Of a stretch of DNA of 64,000 nucleotides, positions 28,017 through 41,619 are shown piece after piece. Source of the stretch: Pecten maximus (taxonomy: Eukaryota); assembly GCF_902652985.1 (NCBI RefSeq), contig NC_047019.1, positions 34,038,001 through 34,102,000 on the forward strand, in the 5' to 3' direction. Numbering within the stretch: the stretch's first letter is position 1; every line of letters begins with the position of its first letter. The translations under genes and the position numbers were made by a program. Below the pieces are notes generated by a model. That model had not been told where the DNA came from. It ran no database searches and worked only from the letters and a program-made list of their open reading frames with translations.

Positions 28017-28144
28017 ACTCAGTGGTAGAGAGTCCGTCTAGAGTTCGGAGGGTCCCGGGTTCGAACCCCAATCTGGTTCGAACCCGGGTTCCTGGGTTCG
28101 AACCCCAATCTGGCTACATTTTCTCCTTCTCCTAGCCTGTAACA
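28017..28144 (+). repeat. tRNA-derived repeat with a duplicated B-box (not a functional tRNA)
   Basis: A-box-like ctcagtggtagag; ggttcgaaccc occurs three times; no acceptor stem. Confidence 0.65.
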
Positions 28145-28981
28145 GTAATTTTCCTGAAGTCCCGACTTTAATCCGTACGTATAGAGGAGGCATTGAAATA
28201 AATTTAATTGATCTTGTAATACAAAATAACTTTTCCCAATAGAGCTATGTGTTATCAACACCAACCCCTGTGCTCAGTGCCTTAAGCAATGTCAGTCAGG
28301 GCACAGGGCCTCGTCACAATCTTAGCGTTTTGTAAACACTTGAAGCATTTTAATATACCCTATGAATCATGATTAGCCTGAGAGCTTGATAACGCGTAAT
28401 AAAAACGTATCAATCTTTTACTTTGGATTTCATACCAAAACATGCAAGTAATTATAATTGGTTTGATAAGTGAGTTGGCGATAAATAATCGTCAATATAA
28501 CTATGACTATGAAAACAAAGCATCGTTTATATCAATTAAAACAATCAAAGGTTTGTGACGATGTCGATCCTTGATTTCTACCATATTTTGGTTACCTATG
28601 AGTAAGACTACGATACGGAATTCCTCACACATGCTAACTACTACACACGGATCAGAAGTTGATATCAACTATACTTTGTTTCGATAACCCATTGCTCGTA
28701 CGTAAAATAGAAATGGACTCTTGTATCAAAATGCATAAAATATGACACTGTTACAGGAAGAGTTCCTCAGTCAAAATACATTTAGGAGATCTCTGGACCA
28801 TATTAAAATGCTAGAAATATACAAAGGGACATTACTTCGATAACAAAAAGAAGTAGGAATAGAATGCAACACAGAAAACACTATATCATTATCACAAAGA
28901 CGTCAAAATTTCAAAATAACGCAGGTCGATATCTCCGTAAAAACAAAAGTTTACGCATATGGGTCATTTTTGCGCCCTATT

Positions 28982-29270
28982 CTCACCGGATTCAATCGTA
29001 CTGACCGAGCGGCGGTGTTTACACCTGGGCGTCGATAATTTCAATAGAAAATTGACGCCGAAGAAGGGATCGGAAGAACGGCTGAGGTATTTTTTCTTTA
29101 TTGATGTGATAATGCTTCAAGGAAAATAACCCGACCCCGGAACAATATGATAAATTGGTCATAACTTGCAAGGATAACGGACAGGAAAAACACCTTTCAT
29201 TTTTGCTAATTCACCCACCGTGTAGACGGGTATGACCAAATTATGCGCTAATCCACGAAGTATGCAACAT
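28982..29270. repeat. Dispersed repeat with a second copy at ~56493-56815
   Basis: ctcaccgg.ttcaatcgtactgaccg ... caaggaaaataacc.gacc.cggaacaatatgataaattgg ... tatgcaacat shared by both copies. Confidence 0.8.
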
Positions 29271-29594
29271 ATACAGCAAAATCCGTGATCGAAATTTCTG
29301 TATATCTCACAGTTTATCTTAATTATATATTTTGACATTATCAAGTCTTGTTGGATTGATTGGTAATAGTTAAATAGGAAAAAAATAGACATTTCAATAT
29401 TTTACACCTGTGGTAACAAAGACGTTCTAGAGCTTTATACCCTGGTATAGTTAGGTAGGTTTTTTCTGTGCTTACTTCCGTTTCCTCGACCCTTTAAGGA
29501 GGCCTGTCCATGAATGAACTATAACGTATTGATCGGGCAACATAAATGCAGAAAAATATATAAACAAAAATCGTCAAAAGTTCAACTCTGTTAT

Positions 29595-30990
29595 TTTTTT
29601 AGCGGTGAGCTTATGGCATGGCGCGGCCGTCCGTCCGTCAACTTTTCCTTTAAATCGCTACTAGTCCTAAACTACTCAGTGAATTTTGACCGCCTGAGGG
29701 GCGGGGCCAAATAGGGGAAATAGAGATCAGTCTTTAAATCGCTACTAGTCATAAAGTTTTTAATGGATTTTAACTAGATTTGGTCAGGAGCATCCTTGGG
29801 GGAAGGGGAACCGAGTTTGTATAAATTTTTACTCTGAACCCCCAGGGGCCTGAGGGGCCGGGCCAAATAGGGGAAATATAGCAAATTCTTTGAAATCCTT
29901 CTTCTTCTGTAGGAATAAAGGGATTTGATCCATATTTTGTCTGAAGCAACCTTGGGTGAAGGGGAACCAATTTTATATAAACGGTGGGTCTGCCCCCCGG
30001 GGGGTCTTAGGGGCGGGGCCCAATAGGGGAAATATAGCAAATTCTTTAAAATCCTTCTTCTTCTGTAGAAATGAAGGGATTTGATTCATATTTGGTCTGA
30101 AGCATGCTTGCGTGAAGGGGAACCAATTTTGTATAAACGGTTGGTCTGGCCCCCCAGGGGACTGAGGGACGGTGCCCAATAGGGGAAATAGGGTTAATCC
30201 TTTAAATCGCTACTAGTCATAAAGTGATAAATGAATTTGAACCAAATTTGGTCAGTAACATTCTTGGGAGAAGGAGAACAGAGTTTGTGTACATTTTTAC
30301 TCTGAACCCCCAGGGGCCTTAGGGGCAGGGCAAAATAGGGGAAATAGATATTAGTCTTTAAATCGCTACTAGCCATGAAGTTTTTCATGGATTTTAACTA
30401 GATTTGGTCAGGAACATCCTTGGGGGAAGGGGAACCGAGTTTGTATAAATTTTTACTCTGAGCCCTCAGGGGCCTGAGGGGCGAGGCCAAATAGGGGAAA
30501 TAGGATTAATCTTTTAAATCACTACTAGTCATAAAGTTATGAATGAATTTGAACCAAATTTGGTCAGGAACATCCTTGGGAGAAGGCGTAACAGAGTTTG
30601 TATAAATTTTTGCTCTGAACCCCCAGGGGCCTGAGGGGCGGGGCCAAATAGGAGAAATAGAGATTAGTCTTTAAATCGCTACAAGTCATAAAGTTATGAA
30701 TGAATTAGAACCAAATTCGGTCAGGAACATCCTTGGGGAGGGGAACAGAGTTTGTATAATTTTACTCTGAATCCCCAGGCGCCTGAGGGGCGGAGTCTAA
30801 GAGGCCCAATGGTCTTTCCCCACCCTAAGGGACTTAGTTTCTTCAAATACAATTAGGTTGTAAAAATAATCCATCGGGTCTTTCAGTCTCTTAGAGAGTA
30901 TGTGTTTGAACAAATTGAACATGAACATTATTTTGACATTTGGTCAAATCCAACCAGGTGAGCGATACAGGCCCCATGGGCCTCTTGTTT
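29595..30990 (+). mobile_element. HINE/Helentron-like non-autonomous element carrying an internal ~157-bp tandem array (~7 units, two unit subtypes)
   Basis: 5' tttttagc.gtgagc then (gtcc)n; internal repeats taaatcgctactagtcataaag at 29736, 30203, 30360, 30516, 30673; 3' caggtgagcgata, hairpin aggccccatgggcct, then cttgttt. Confidence 0.8.
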
Positions 30991-31410
30991 ACATCACTAC
31001 CACGTCAGCAAATTACAATGCCCGGGTGTAAAGCTCCAGAGCGTCTTCGTTGCTCATTAGTATATTCATTCAAAATATACATTGTTGACCAGTGTTGCAA
31101 CTTGTACATATCGATGACGTCATTTTAAGTAATTTAATTTAAAACGATCGATTGCATTCGTTTGTGAACGTCTGTTCGTTTCTATATGCCGAATTCTAAA
31201 CTGAAAACACTAAACTGTTCCAATACCGAAGCAAGAACATTAACATTTGCTCTATAAAACGACCCTAGAGCACCCCATTACCCTAAATAAGTTCTCTACA
31301 GCGTGTAGGCGCTTGTACGTGAATAACGAAAAGAGCTGTACATTCCAGCTGTCAAGCATCGTCAAATTTTCATTTCGTCAATTGATGCCAGTTATAATGC
31401 CGGTGAATTT

Positions 31411-31575
31411 GATTTATTTCGTTTAACGTCCTAAAGACAGCCCGGGTCATTTAAGGACATGTGATGTTTAGAAGCAGGAGTATCCGGGGTACCCGGAGAA
31501 AAATCAACGGCCTACGGTAAGGACCAGGCAACTGCCAAACGTGGGTTTCGAACCGGCAACCAAGGGGTGGACTGT
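31411..31575 (-). mobile_element. Degenerate, 5'-truncated V-domain SINE
   Basis: Reverse complement matches 35361-35579 (gtttaacgtcct..ggtcatttaaggac..gtacccggagaaaa..ggcctacggt..ggcaactgcc). Confidence 0.8.
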
Positions 31576-32320
31576 GAATAACTGATCATGAAGAACATCT
31601 TTATCTAAGTTTCTAAGTACGAAGAACAAGCGTATCAAGTTGATTTGTACAAAAAAAAAAAAACTTGATTGAGTGATCTGGCCATATTAACCGACCAAGT
31701 GTTAATGTAGTCTTTCATGCCGGTCACGTGACCACGCGAGAATACGAGAACCGCAAACACGTTCAGATAACAACGCTTGACAAAAAACTTTGAAATACGG
31801 TTGTTAAAAATATACTGAACTGAAGAGGGAATTTTGAAATATTGATTGTATTTAAAACAATGTTGTTGTTTTTTTTTTGTTTTTGTTTTTTTGTTCTGTT
31901 AAATTATAAATGAACTAACATACTCAATAACATAATATTCTCCTCAGATTTTGACGTGCTAACAAAAGCAATCATATTTCTTCGTTATTAACTGTCATCT
32001 TAATACGATTGTAAATTTTCTCTTTAATATATACCATGTGTATATAGGTAATGGTATCACAAGAGGAAAACATTGCGTTCAACATCTAGATCGTGTTATG
32101 AAATATCAAACGTATGTAGGCCTTTATATAGGCATGGTGTTGAAAGGATTTGAATAAATTGATGAGGAACATCAAATGTCTTCGGCAAGCCTTTGGCTCT
32201 TTATATCCCAAAAGCCATGGACATAAAGCCATGGACAGTTTTCCTCCAGGCGTATATACATGTATTACAAAAGTTCAAAAGCATTTGACTTCCTGCTTTG
32301 TAACAAAATAAGACATTTAC

Positions 32321-32492
32321 CAGATTTAGGAAAAACGCAAACCAGCACATCGTCCTCCTTAATATTGTGGTTGGCTATTTTTTCAAGCTGATCTCTAACA
32401 TTTCCAATGTTTTCTAAGGGAAACGGGTGTCCGTTGTATCGTTTAAAGGCATATTTGTTGTTTTCTTCGTCGACGATGGTAACAACTTCCAT
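32321..32492 (-). pseudogene. Sulfotransferase copy B: intact exon 1 only; exons 2-5 absent
   Basis: MEVVTIVDEENNKY...FPKS-G with donor gtaaat; intron-1 homology stops at ~31990, just before the exon-2 acceptor; no exon 2-5 sequence found between 24.3 and 32 kb. Confidence 0.8.
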
Positions 32493-32739
32493 GACTATAA
32501 AATGACACCTACAAAAACATGAGAATTGTTGTACTGCACGGCATAATACATTATAAACAATTTAAAAGGAGGTGGGTCAAACAAAGTGCGACATTTCAAG
32601 TTATCAAATGTTGATTGGGAAGTCCATTTATCTTAAGCCTAACACGAAACAACAAGATCTTGCAAGTTTTATTGCAAGATCAACAAATTGACCGAAGATT
32701 ATTATTTAGATCCACAACAACCTTGACATTCAATTTTGA

Positions 32740-33052
32740 TGTTTTGGTTCAAGTATGCTATTGACCTAATATCATGCCACTTGGCTATGAAAAAAACATT
32801 GTTTAAGATTTAAGCCTATTTGACCCCTGTGACATTGAATTTAGGTCAAGGTCATTCATTTGAAGAAATTTGTTAGCCTTCACCCCAGCATACAACAAGA
32901 TTAATACACGGTCTTTGTCCTTCATGGCAATTGAGAAAAAGTTATTGAAAGTTATTGTTTTTAAGGACAAATGAGCTTGAAGGACGGAATGACGGATAAC
33001 GGACGCCGCACCACGGCATAAGCTCACATTACCTTCGGGCAGGTGAGCTAAA
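32740..33052 (-). mobile_element. HINE/Helentron-like fragment (paralogue at 55745-56043)
   Basis: ggacgccgcaccacggcataagctcac..ttcgggcaggtgagctaa terminus with internal gctcac/gtgagc inverted repeat. Confidence 0.7.
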
Positions 33053-33326
33053 CACTCTTACTACCCTTATTACATGTACCTACCTAGATACACTGATAAT
33101 AATGCATTCCTTACATTATTCATCCTTAGTTGATAATTATTTGCCAGTGTGTATAATTAGATCCAGGCCCTTGTGCTAAATCGAAATCACATTGTACGAT
33201 CTGAATTATTCGGAAATGACATTTTATGTTGACAGAAAAGAATCTCAACTGTCGCATACAAAGCATTGGTATAATGATTGATTTATACTCGTGTACCATA
33301 GAGAAGAGACAGATTAACAGGACTCG

Positions 33327-33357
<31 letters not shown>

Positions 33358-33399
33358 TCTTCATTATGCCATACAATACAGTTGCAACTCAAGAGAAGT

Positions 33400-34850
33400 G
33401 CCTTAGAGACAAATGACATTGATATTGTATGGGTTGAAAGTTGTACTGGAAATCGTCCGTTTTATTGGGTTTTGTATTTATAGACCTACTGATGCTAATG
33501 TTGAATACTTGAGAGAATGAGATGCATTATTAGACAAAGCAATAAGTAGTCTATTTTATGATATTTTCACAAATAATATTAAAAATGACATGCTAAAATT
33601 GAGACCCCATTCTCATCTTTCTATTCTTTATCTGAATAAAATTTCATTTTTATAAAGGCGCTAACATGAGTAACTGCTCACAGCTCTGCATCACCTGACA
33701 TAATAATGTTAGACTGATTCAAAGTATTGTGGAGATTATGAAGTGACCAGAAACCAATCAAGGCTGTTATATTTTCCTAATTTTTTTTAAGAAATTCGTC
33801 TTATTAAACGATGACAAATTTGAAAAAATGAATAGATCTTTGAAAGTGACTAGATTTTAATTTCAGATGACATACCTTTGAAGAACAAAAACAGAGATTA
33901 TTCTTCGGCAAATAATATAATCCATACAAACATAAAAAGCGGCAAAACCAATACTCACTCGGAAACTTAAGAAATATATGAAATGATTTAATACGAACCG
34001 AAAGAAGAACATTTCGAAAATCTATAATAAGTCTTTGTAAGATATAGCAATGTGCGATGAAAATTTCGAAACCAGTCCTAAGAGGGAAAAGCAAAACTGA
34101 AAACATAGTTCTTCTACTTCGTGTAGGTGTCAGTATCCCAACTCTGTTGGATCAAGCTATAATTTTAGATTAAATTGTTAGTGAAGTTATATCAAGACAC
34201 CCATCAGGATTTGTATTTGTGAAGTTAGTAAAGATATGGTATGGCATTCTGGTATCCTATATGAATCATAAACTGACGGGGTTGAGGGTAATCTATAATT
34301 GTTTAAAGACCATCTATATGAAAAAAGAACAAAGAGTCTTCGTTAAGGTAGCAAGCCAAGTTGCCAACTGTTCGCTGACGACACATCCTTATGTGTTGTT
34401 ATAGAAAATAATGCAATCCAAGCAGTAGACGACCTTTGAAAAGTACATGGCCAAAAAATGGGATTTGAAATTTACTGGATCAAAAATGGAAACTATTATT
34501 TTTACTAGTGAACGAAAAGTGGACAGAACACAGTAAAAAAATATAAGCATTTGAAAGAATCAATATCTTACGAAGCCTCAAATATTTAGTTGTCAGAACA
34601 TCTGCTTTCATTGACGTACACTTCTTACCTAAGTCCAACATAAGGCACGTTTGACCCCAACATATTTGAGGGATATTATTGAAGACGTATTAAAGACAAT
34701 TCTAATAACTGATATCAATAAAGTGAAAATAGAATACATAATATATCTCTACAACAACGACAGTCCAGTATACGACATAACCACTCCTTTCCAAAACTAT
34801 GTACCTATACAAGTTAATATTAGTTTCTTCTAACTTGCAAATAATGGTAG
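33400..34850 (+). mobile_element. Heavily deleted CR1/L2-type LINE relic (paralogue at ~56150-57940)
   Basis: APE-like IVWVE..YRPTDANVEY; RT motif QLFADDTSL at ~34366; KWDLKF(N/T)GSK downstream; many stops. Confidence 0.75.
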
Positions 34851-35355
34851 ATATTTTAACTGTGATTTAAAGTATAATTACTTATCTGATTCATCTAGTT
34901 GTTATTGTTGACATCCACCCTAATATTTTCATTTGATTCCACACTTTTTAAAGACTAACACATATTGACATAATTCCTTCAAAATGGTGATCATGTATAA
35001 AATGATATTACTGATTTAATAAACGGATATACACACGGCAACGATGATTTTAACAAAAACCTATTTTGAAAGACATTCAAAATTTCACATAAGCATTAAA
35101 TGTCTTACTTAGAACTATAACAGTATGCGAGTCAATGATGATGATGGTGATGATGATGATGATGATGATGATGATTTAGTTCATTTCAGCAGATGTATCT
35201 GAATGATGAACCGCAGATGAGGGTATGAGTAAGTGATATTACTGAGGTCCCGATCCAACAGGCACTGCCGGATGCATACGAGCCCTATGCACGCCCATCG
35301 ACACACTGAATAACCGGCATCTGCACGGACCAGGAAGACAACTGTCTACCCATCA

Positions 35356-35579
35356 AAGAAGGGGCCGCGGTGGCCGAGTGGTTAAGGTGTCCCGACACTT
35401 TAACACTAGCCCTCCACCTCAGGGTTGCGAGTTCGAAACCTACGTGGGGCAGTTGCCAGGTACTGACCGTAGGCCGGTGTTTTTTCTCCGGGTACTCCGG
35501 CTTTCCTCCGCCTCCAAAACCTGGCACGTCCTTAAATGACCTTGGCTGTTGATAGGACGTTAAACAAAAACAAACCAAA
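35356..35579 (+). mobile_element. Full-length V-domain tRNA-SINE
   Basis: A box tggccgagtgg, B box gttcgaaac, V-like core ttctccgggtactccggctttcctcc; 12-bp TSD gtctacccatca; empty site at ~58428. Confidence 0.92.
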
Positions 35580-37384
35580 GTCTACCCATCAGTCATAGAC
35601 AACACTTACCGCGGGCCCACTTTTCCTTCTCATAAACAATAAAATAATTCATGTTTCTCCAATGGAAAAGTCGCAACAGACAAAACTACAGCCATTGAAA
35701 AAAAGGACTGCATCAACGACCATAAGGGAAGGGGATTGAGGCATGTTAATGCAGATGTATCATGAGATGTATTTTAACTAATGGCGCCAATGTTGTAAAA
35801 GACGACCAAATGCAATACACACTGAAGTATGGAGTGCCGACAGTGGCAAGTCTAATCTATGATATCATTAGTGTAGACACATAAACACAAATATACACAG
35901 GTTTGATCAGGCTTAGACCGATTGTAGTGATAACACGCCTGGTCAATGACACTTAATCATATTTCGGTCCATTAGTTATGTCTTATGTCCGCGACACGGT
36001 TGGGTGAGTGGAAGTTACGAATTTGCATTTATATCTCTAAACTAGAGATACCAGGATATTAAATATGTTGTTTGTGTTATTCTTAAATAACAAACAAAAA
36101 AGGAATTAAAAAAAAGAAGATACATCAAAACGTAAGATAACGTTAGTAAAAGATAGACGCCTTTTCCCACTAATGCAATATGAACAGTCGGTGTAATTCT
36201 TAGACATTCCGCGCAGTGCATGTTTTTCCCACCGGTAAAATTAGAACGTTGAAATCGTAGCCACATTTATATACTTCCTGGTCCCAAACGAATAACCGTA
36301 TACGCACTAACGGATTTGTTTTTGATAGCCTTAAAAAACCGCTTATGCTATCACTGGAATTTCACATGCGAATCTTAATTATATCTTAATTATAAAACAT
36401 GCCCTAAATATAAATATATATGAACAGCAGGTATCAGTTTAAATTTTATTTCTTTTACAGAGCATGTTATACCACTTATTTATATGTGTGTCCTTAATTT
36501 TATTATACATGACATCATTGCAAGCAATTGCTATTATTAAAAAAATAAGTTCATACATGAAGAATATGTGAAGGAGGAAAGGAAACATATTAAAAGCTCG
36601 AGGAAGAGAAAAAGAAGAAATAGGAGACTTAGGGAAGGAATTGTCTGTTCTATTGTGTAGGTTCTTGTTGGTAGTAAATACGGCGACTTACAATGAACGT
36701 ATCACCATTCACGGTATAGGTTCCAATAGATGATAAATGATTGATAATTGATTTGATATTAAACAAAGGTTTGGGTCGCAAAATATGTGGTGACACAAAA
36801 ACCTAAATAACTAGTGCAGTACCGATTACCAAAAGAACACACTTTTATGTAGCTTACGTGGCGTGATTACTGATTTTTCCCAACCAATGTTAACAAAAGA
36901 TAATTTGTTATCAGTATGGCCCTGACCGAAGGGATTTATATCATACCAAGGTCAATATACCCTCGCACTATATTTATGACCTGGGCATTATAGGAGGTAG
37001 TGTCAAAACAAAAACCAAGCCTCTGAACACATGTCTTATCGAAAAGCAGATTGGGTCAATCTCCTATTCATATTAAATGCACTTGTTATCTAGCGGCGAA
37101 CAAGTACTCCAGACTCAATAATTCTCACAGATAACACCTATACGTAGGTGTTAGATGATTACTTTGACTGATTTTTATGGGAAACAAAGAAAAGAAAAAG
37201 AAACAGTACATATTCTGTATACATTTCCCAATAACATTTTTAAGATTTCCGCATTGTTTTTTATTTTGTTTAAGACTCCATTCGCCTTGAAATTTCGCGA
37301 CCAAGCACAACATTCATCTACATGTATCACTATAATAATATAATCTGGATAATCGATATAAAATTTACCCATGTACATGTATTT

Positions 37385-37500
37385 GTTTTTTCGAAACTGC
37401 TTTTGATCTTCAGACCGATTTTTGCCACTTTCTCCTCGAATACCTGATATAACATTTCGCTTTGGGCAACAGTATATTTAGATATTTATTTCTTACCAGA
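37385..37500 (-). pseudogene. Decayed SULT last-exon relic (3'UTR homology extends to ~37270)
   Basis: TVAQSEMLYQVFEEKVAKIGLKIK; GDWK and the acceptor AG are lost. Confidence 0.8.
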
Positions 37501-38199
37501 AGTATGATATTGGTTCGCCGCAAGCGATTTCACGAAGATTAATGGCTGGCTCTCCGTTTTAACGATTACCTAATGGGTCACTAAAATCGGAATAACTGAG
37601 AAAAATGAAGACACGTCAAGACAATGAACGTCATTAAAATTGTATAAATATTGGCAACAGATGGAAAGATGGAGAAAAGCGAAGGAGGTTGCCCCAGTGG
37701 AGTCGAACGAGGATACTCGACAACACGACAGGTTCGTAATGATAATATGCTTGAAGGTACGTCCTGCGATTTTAACTAATCAGTATACTTCATGTTTATA
37801 ACAGTGCCTGTGACTAGCTGATACGCATCACGTGGCTGGGAAATAACACATCATATTTCCATGGAGGGCACACTCCCATGGCGACCTTAATATTTTGTTG
37901 TGCTGAGTTGTATCCCTTCCAGTTGTTTACAAATGGCAGAAGAACAGGAATGCATTTATTTTCATACAGCCGAAGAGACTGTTGGAGATATTTGGTAAAA
38001 TGAGTAGCAAATAGGTGAAAGCTAATCAGGAGGAACAGGAAGGTTATACAATCGACAAGATGTGTCCTATTTTCCAGTGTCTGTGCGGTTATTTTACAGT
38101 CAGGCGAGTGGGAACTCGCACCAAAACAACGTACGGTTTCGCCGGAGACTGCGAGTAATGATGACAAGGAAAATACTACCCATTTCTATAACGGAAATC

Positions 38200-38610
38200 A
38201 ATAAACTAAATATTGTGTATTCGACGGGATATGGGAAGGCCAAGCCGGTGTTTCTAACCGAAAAAGAGGTATTCGGCTATCGGAATATTGACAAAATCAT
38301 GTGGTTGAAATATGAAGCAATTTCTATTTCTCTAGATGATGTTGTTTCACCTGAATATATTAATGGAATTCAGCGTATTGGTACGTTTTGGAGATTGTAT
38401 GTTGACAATACTTCGGACAGAAGTTGTTGACTGAATGGGTTGTGATTAGGGGAAAGAGATTATGCTTTTACCCGAGAATCCATATAACCCAAATTACGGT
38501 CTTGTTACAACGACGTGTGTCTAGTGTACCGCTGTCAGCTGACGACATTTTGATAGGACGTGCTCTTTCTAGTGAGGTGACACCTGAAGGATGTCACAGA
38601 AAGAATTAAG
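38200..38610 (+). mobile_element. L1/Tx1-type ORF1 (gag-like) relic
   Basis: KPVFLTEKEVFG...GIQRIGTFWRLYV...RVSSVPLSADD resembles invertebrate Tx1/L1 ORF1; frameshifted. Recognised from memory, not from a search. Confidence 0.55.
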
Positions 38611-38759
38611 CGAAATGAGGGGCGATTACTCTGTTTCTGCAGTTTTCATCAAAACAGCTCAATATATACGACCAATAAACAGACTGTGTGGTTGCTAAGA
38701 CAAAAAAAAAAAATACAGTAAAACTTGCCTCCTTTTACCAAAATAAATGGAAATTGAAC

Positions 38760-39560
38760 TGCATCTAAATTTCGATCAATCAGAGACAAGAAATTGGTGG
38801 CCATTTTGTTGAAAGCGTGAAAGTTAGGCTACGTCAGGAACCGGTTTCTCTTGATGTACATGCATATCAAATTTCATCGAATTCGGACGATATCTAAAAC
38901 CGGACCAATCACATGTCAGGAAATAGCGGCCATTTTGTTTAAATGTGAAAGTGAGGTTACAACAGTGACCGGTGTCCCATCATGTACCCACATATCTAAT
39001 TTCATCAAAATCGGACAATATCTAAATTTGAACCAATCAGAGCTCAGTTGATGTATTGTGGCCATTTTAATAAAACGTGAAATTGAGGTTACGAGAGGGA
39101 CCTGTGATCATGATGTACTTAGATATCGAATTTCTTTACAATCTGAAAATACTTTAATTTCGACCAGTCAGAGGCAAGTAATTGGCGGCCATTTTGTTAC
39201 AATGTGAAAGTTAGGTGACAAGAGTTGCCGGTGTCCCATGATGAACCTACAAACCAAATGTCATTAAAATCGGACACTATCTTAATTTGGACAAATCAGA
39301 GGCCAGAAAATGGCGACGATTTTGTTAAAATGAGAATATCAGGCTACGAAAGTGACTGGTTTCCCATGATGTACATATAACTCAAATGTTATTTAAATAG
39401 GACAATATCTTAATTTGGAACAATTAGAAGTCAGGAAATGGTGGCCACTTTGTTAAAAAAAAAGTTAAAACGAGGTAACGAAAGTAACCGATGTCCCATG
39501 ATGTACCTACATACCAAATTTCATTGCAATCGAACAATATCAAAATTTTGACAAATTTCC
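38760..39560. repeat. Degenerate ~128-bp tandem array (~6-7 units), probably TE-internal
   Basis: ggccattttgtt..gtgaaag..gtcccatgatgtac..aatttcat..aaatcggacaatatct recurs at ~38799, 38928, 39061, 39188, 39314, 39444. Confidence 0.8.
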
Positions 39561-41619
39561 TCAAAATAAAGGGATTAACTTGTTAATATGTAAATCTTTA
39601 TGATTTTATGAGAATCAACTCACCACAATTTCAATCTTGGAGGAAAATCCCATTTTTTTTTGTATTTGCCATTGGAACCAAAATAAAAATAGAGAAGGAA
39701 AATTGTTTGTTTTTTTTTTTTTTGCTAAATCTATTTCAATAAAATGGCATTTTGAAAAATTCCCCTTTGTTCAACGTAATGATCAGTGTCTGTGTCTGTG
39801 GTCCATGTCAAACACATTTGAAAATGTCTATAATATATTTTTTTTTATTTGAAAATTTGGCAACTTCTTATGAGCAGTGTCTGGAATCACTGTAAAGGTC
39901 TTGTTCGATGAATCATGAATAGAAAGGGAAATATCAACAATTGCTACATTATAATTTGTAATTAATTTTAATCATGACCAGATGAGCGAGTTACCTCCCT
40001 TTATCTTTCCTCGATGAAAATTAGGTAATTAGCAAGTTTTAAATTGTTTTAAGTGAATTTTCAACAATACTTTATGTGAATGAAGCTTAATCAAGTATAA
40101 ATTATGTTTTTCTTTTTAATAGCTTTTTCAACCCTTTTATCAAATAGCAATTTTTCCGGTTTCTGACAAATAACTGGCATCTCTTAGTTTGAGACTTGTT
40201 ATCATTGAAGTAGTTGGTGACTACCTCACCGAACAACTTGCAGGTCGGCTGTCGTATGCCGGCATCCAGGTAACAACCACGACAGCACTGGAAATAAATG
40301 TCTCACTCTTACATGTTTGATTTTCTATGTTTTCTGTGATAATCACTCTTTTATTTTGAGGTGGGTCTCTTCGTAGTAGTTGGTGACTATCTCACTGAAC
40401 ATAACATTGGAGGCCCGCCGCACGCCATCAATAGTAATGAAAGTACTTCACAGTGTCTTGTCCAAGGACAACTGCAATTTACTGCGGTGTGAGGCCTTCA
40501 ATTGCAATTAACTGTTCAAACTTTATTTTCCTTGTTTCTACGGTATTTTTGCTTCAGTAGAACACAGAGGGAAATTGATTGCGGTCAGAGGCCTGCAAAG
40601 TAGAATGCACCTTATGATGTAAATATATTTTCCGTGGCAGTGTGGGCCTTAGAACAGAAAAATACATTGCGAACTGTTTACACAGGTCCCTGTGCAGCTG
40701 TATTCTACCTGTGCGCAGATGGGATTTTGAAGACTATTTTGTAGAATTTTGATAATTACATTCTAATATTTTTTTTTATATTATTCAAATAATCTCTATA
40801 AAACATTTGCAGTAAGTTAAAATAAATCTAAATACAAAAGTAATAATTCCACCTTTAATACCTATAAAGTTGACTAAATGAGACATGATAAATATATAAT
40901 AGTTCAATTGCTTTTTTTTTTTAGTTTAAACTTTTAATTTGTCAGAATTTATTTCTTGCACATTCTTTTCTTCGACATATGTAAGCGAAAGTTTTAATAA
41001 AATATGTACGACATGCTCTTACTCTCAAAAACTGTACGATTATTGATTTGTTTCGTGCGAAACTAAGAATGAACAATAAACTGACTAATTGCAATAAACT
41101 GACTAATTGTGATTGTTAAATAGCTATCCAATCATCTCCCAAAATTGCTGAAGGTAGTAAGCCCATTGCTGGGCTTTGCTACCTTGGCCAACCAAAAGTC
41201 GGTTTTGAAATGAAGATAGTATTCTGTGTCAAATGCAAATGCGATGATCACGTATTCTAGGATTGCAAGACAAGGTGGGTATGAAACTACTGCAACGGAA
41301 TCGGTCATAAACAAACTAAATGTGAATATAACGGCTTTTCAGGAAACAAATCCACAGACACGAACGAAGAGGGGCGGGGGACGGAGAAGAAAGACGAGGA
41401 AAATACAAAGAAAAAAGCAGAGCAGAAAAGTTAGAGTGGTAAGGCACCGAGTACTACATGACCAATTGATCGCTTCATCAAGTCAGCCTCCCAACAGAAG
41501 AATCAGACACCAAACAGGACACAGAACAGAAGCACATATATACATAAAACACCTTCTACACCGATAGATGAAGCTGTAACCAAAAACACAAAAACAAAGA
41601 AAAATGAAACCTCAAGATA

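Larger units (their letters stand above)
31990..37705. repeat. Segmental duplication Y1 (paralogue Y2 at ~55013-61111)
   Basis: Collinear order: SULT exon 1, HINE end, CR1/L2 relic, (GAT)n, flank block, exon-5 relic, ending at ggaggttgccccagt.gagtcga. Confidence 0.9.

Noticed and set aside
33329-33357. Long poly-G/poly-C runs (also ~46167 and 57614-57649) and the poly-Pro/Gly/Met ORFs they and (GAT)n create
   Set aside because: Simple repeats of unreliable length; no evidence of coding or function.
35361-35445. tRNA genes (also at 28017 and 46598)
   Set aside because: These are SINE heads or tRNA-derived repeats: followed by SINE core, tail and TSDs, or lacking a complete cloverleaf.
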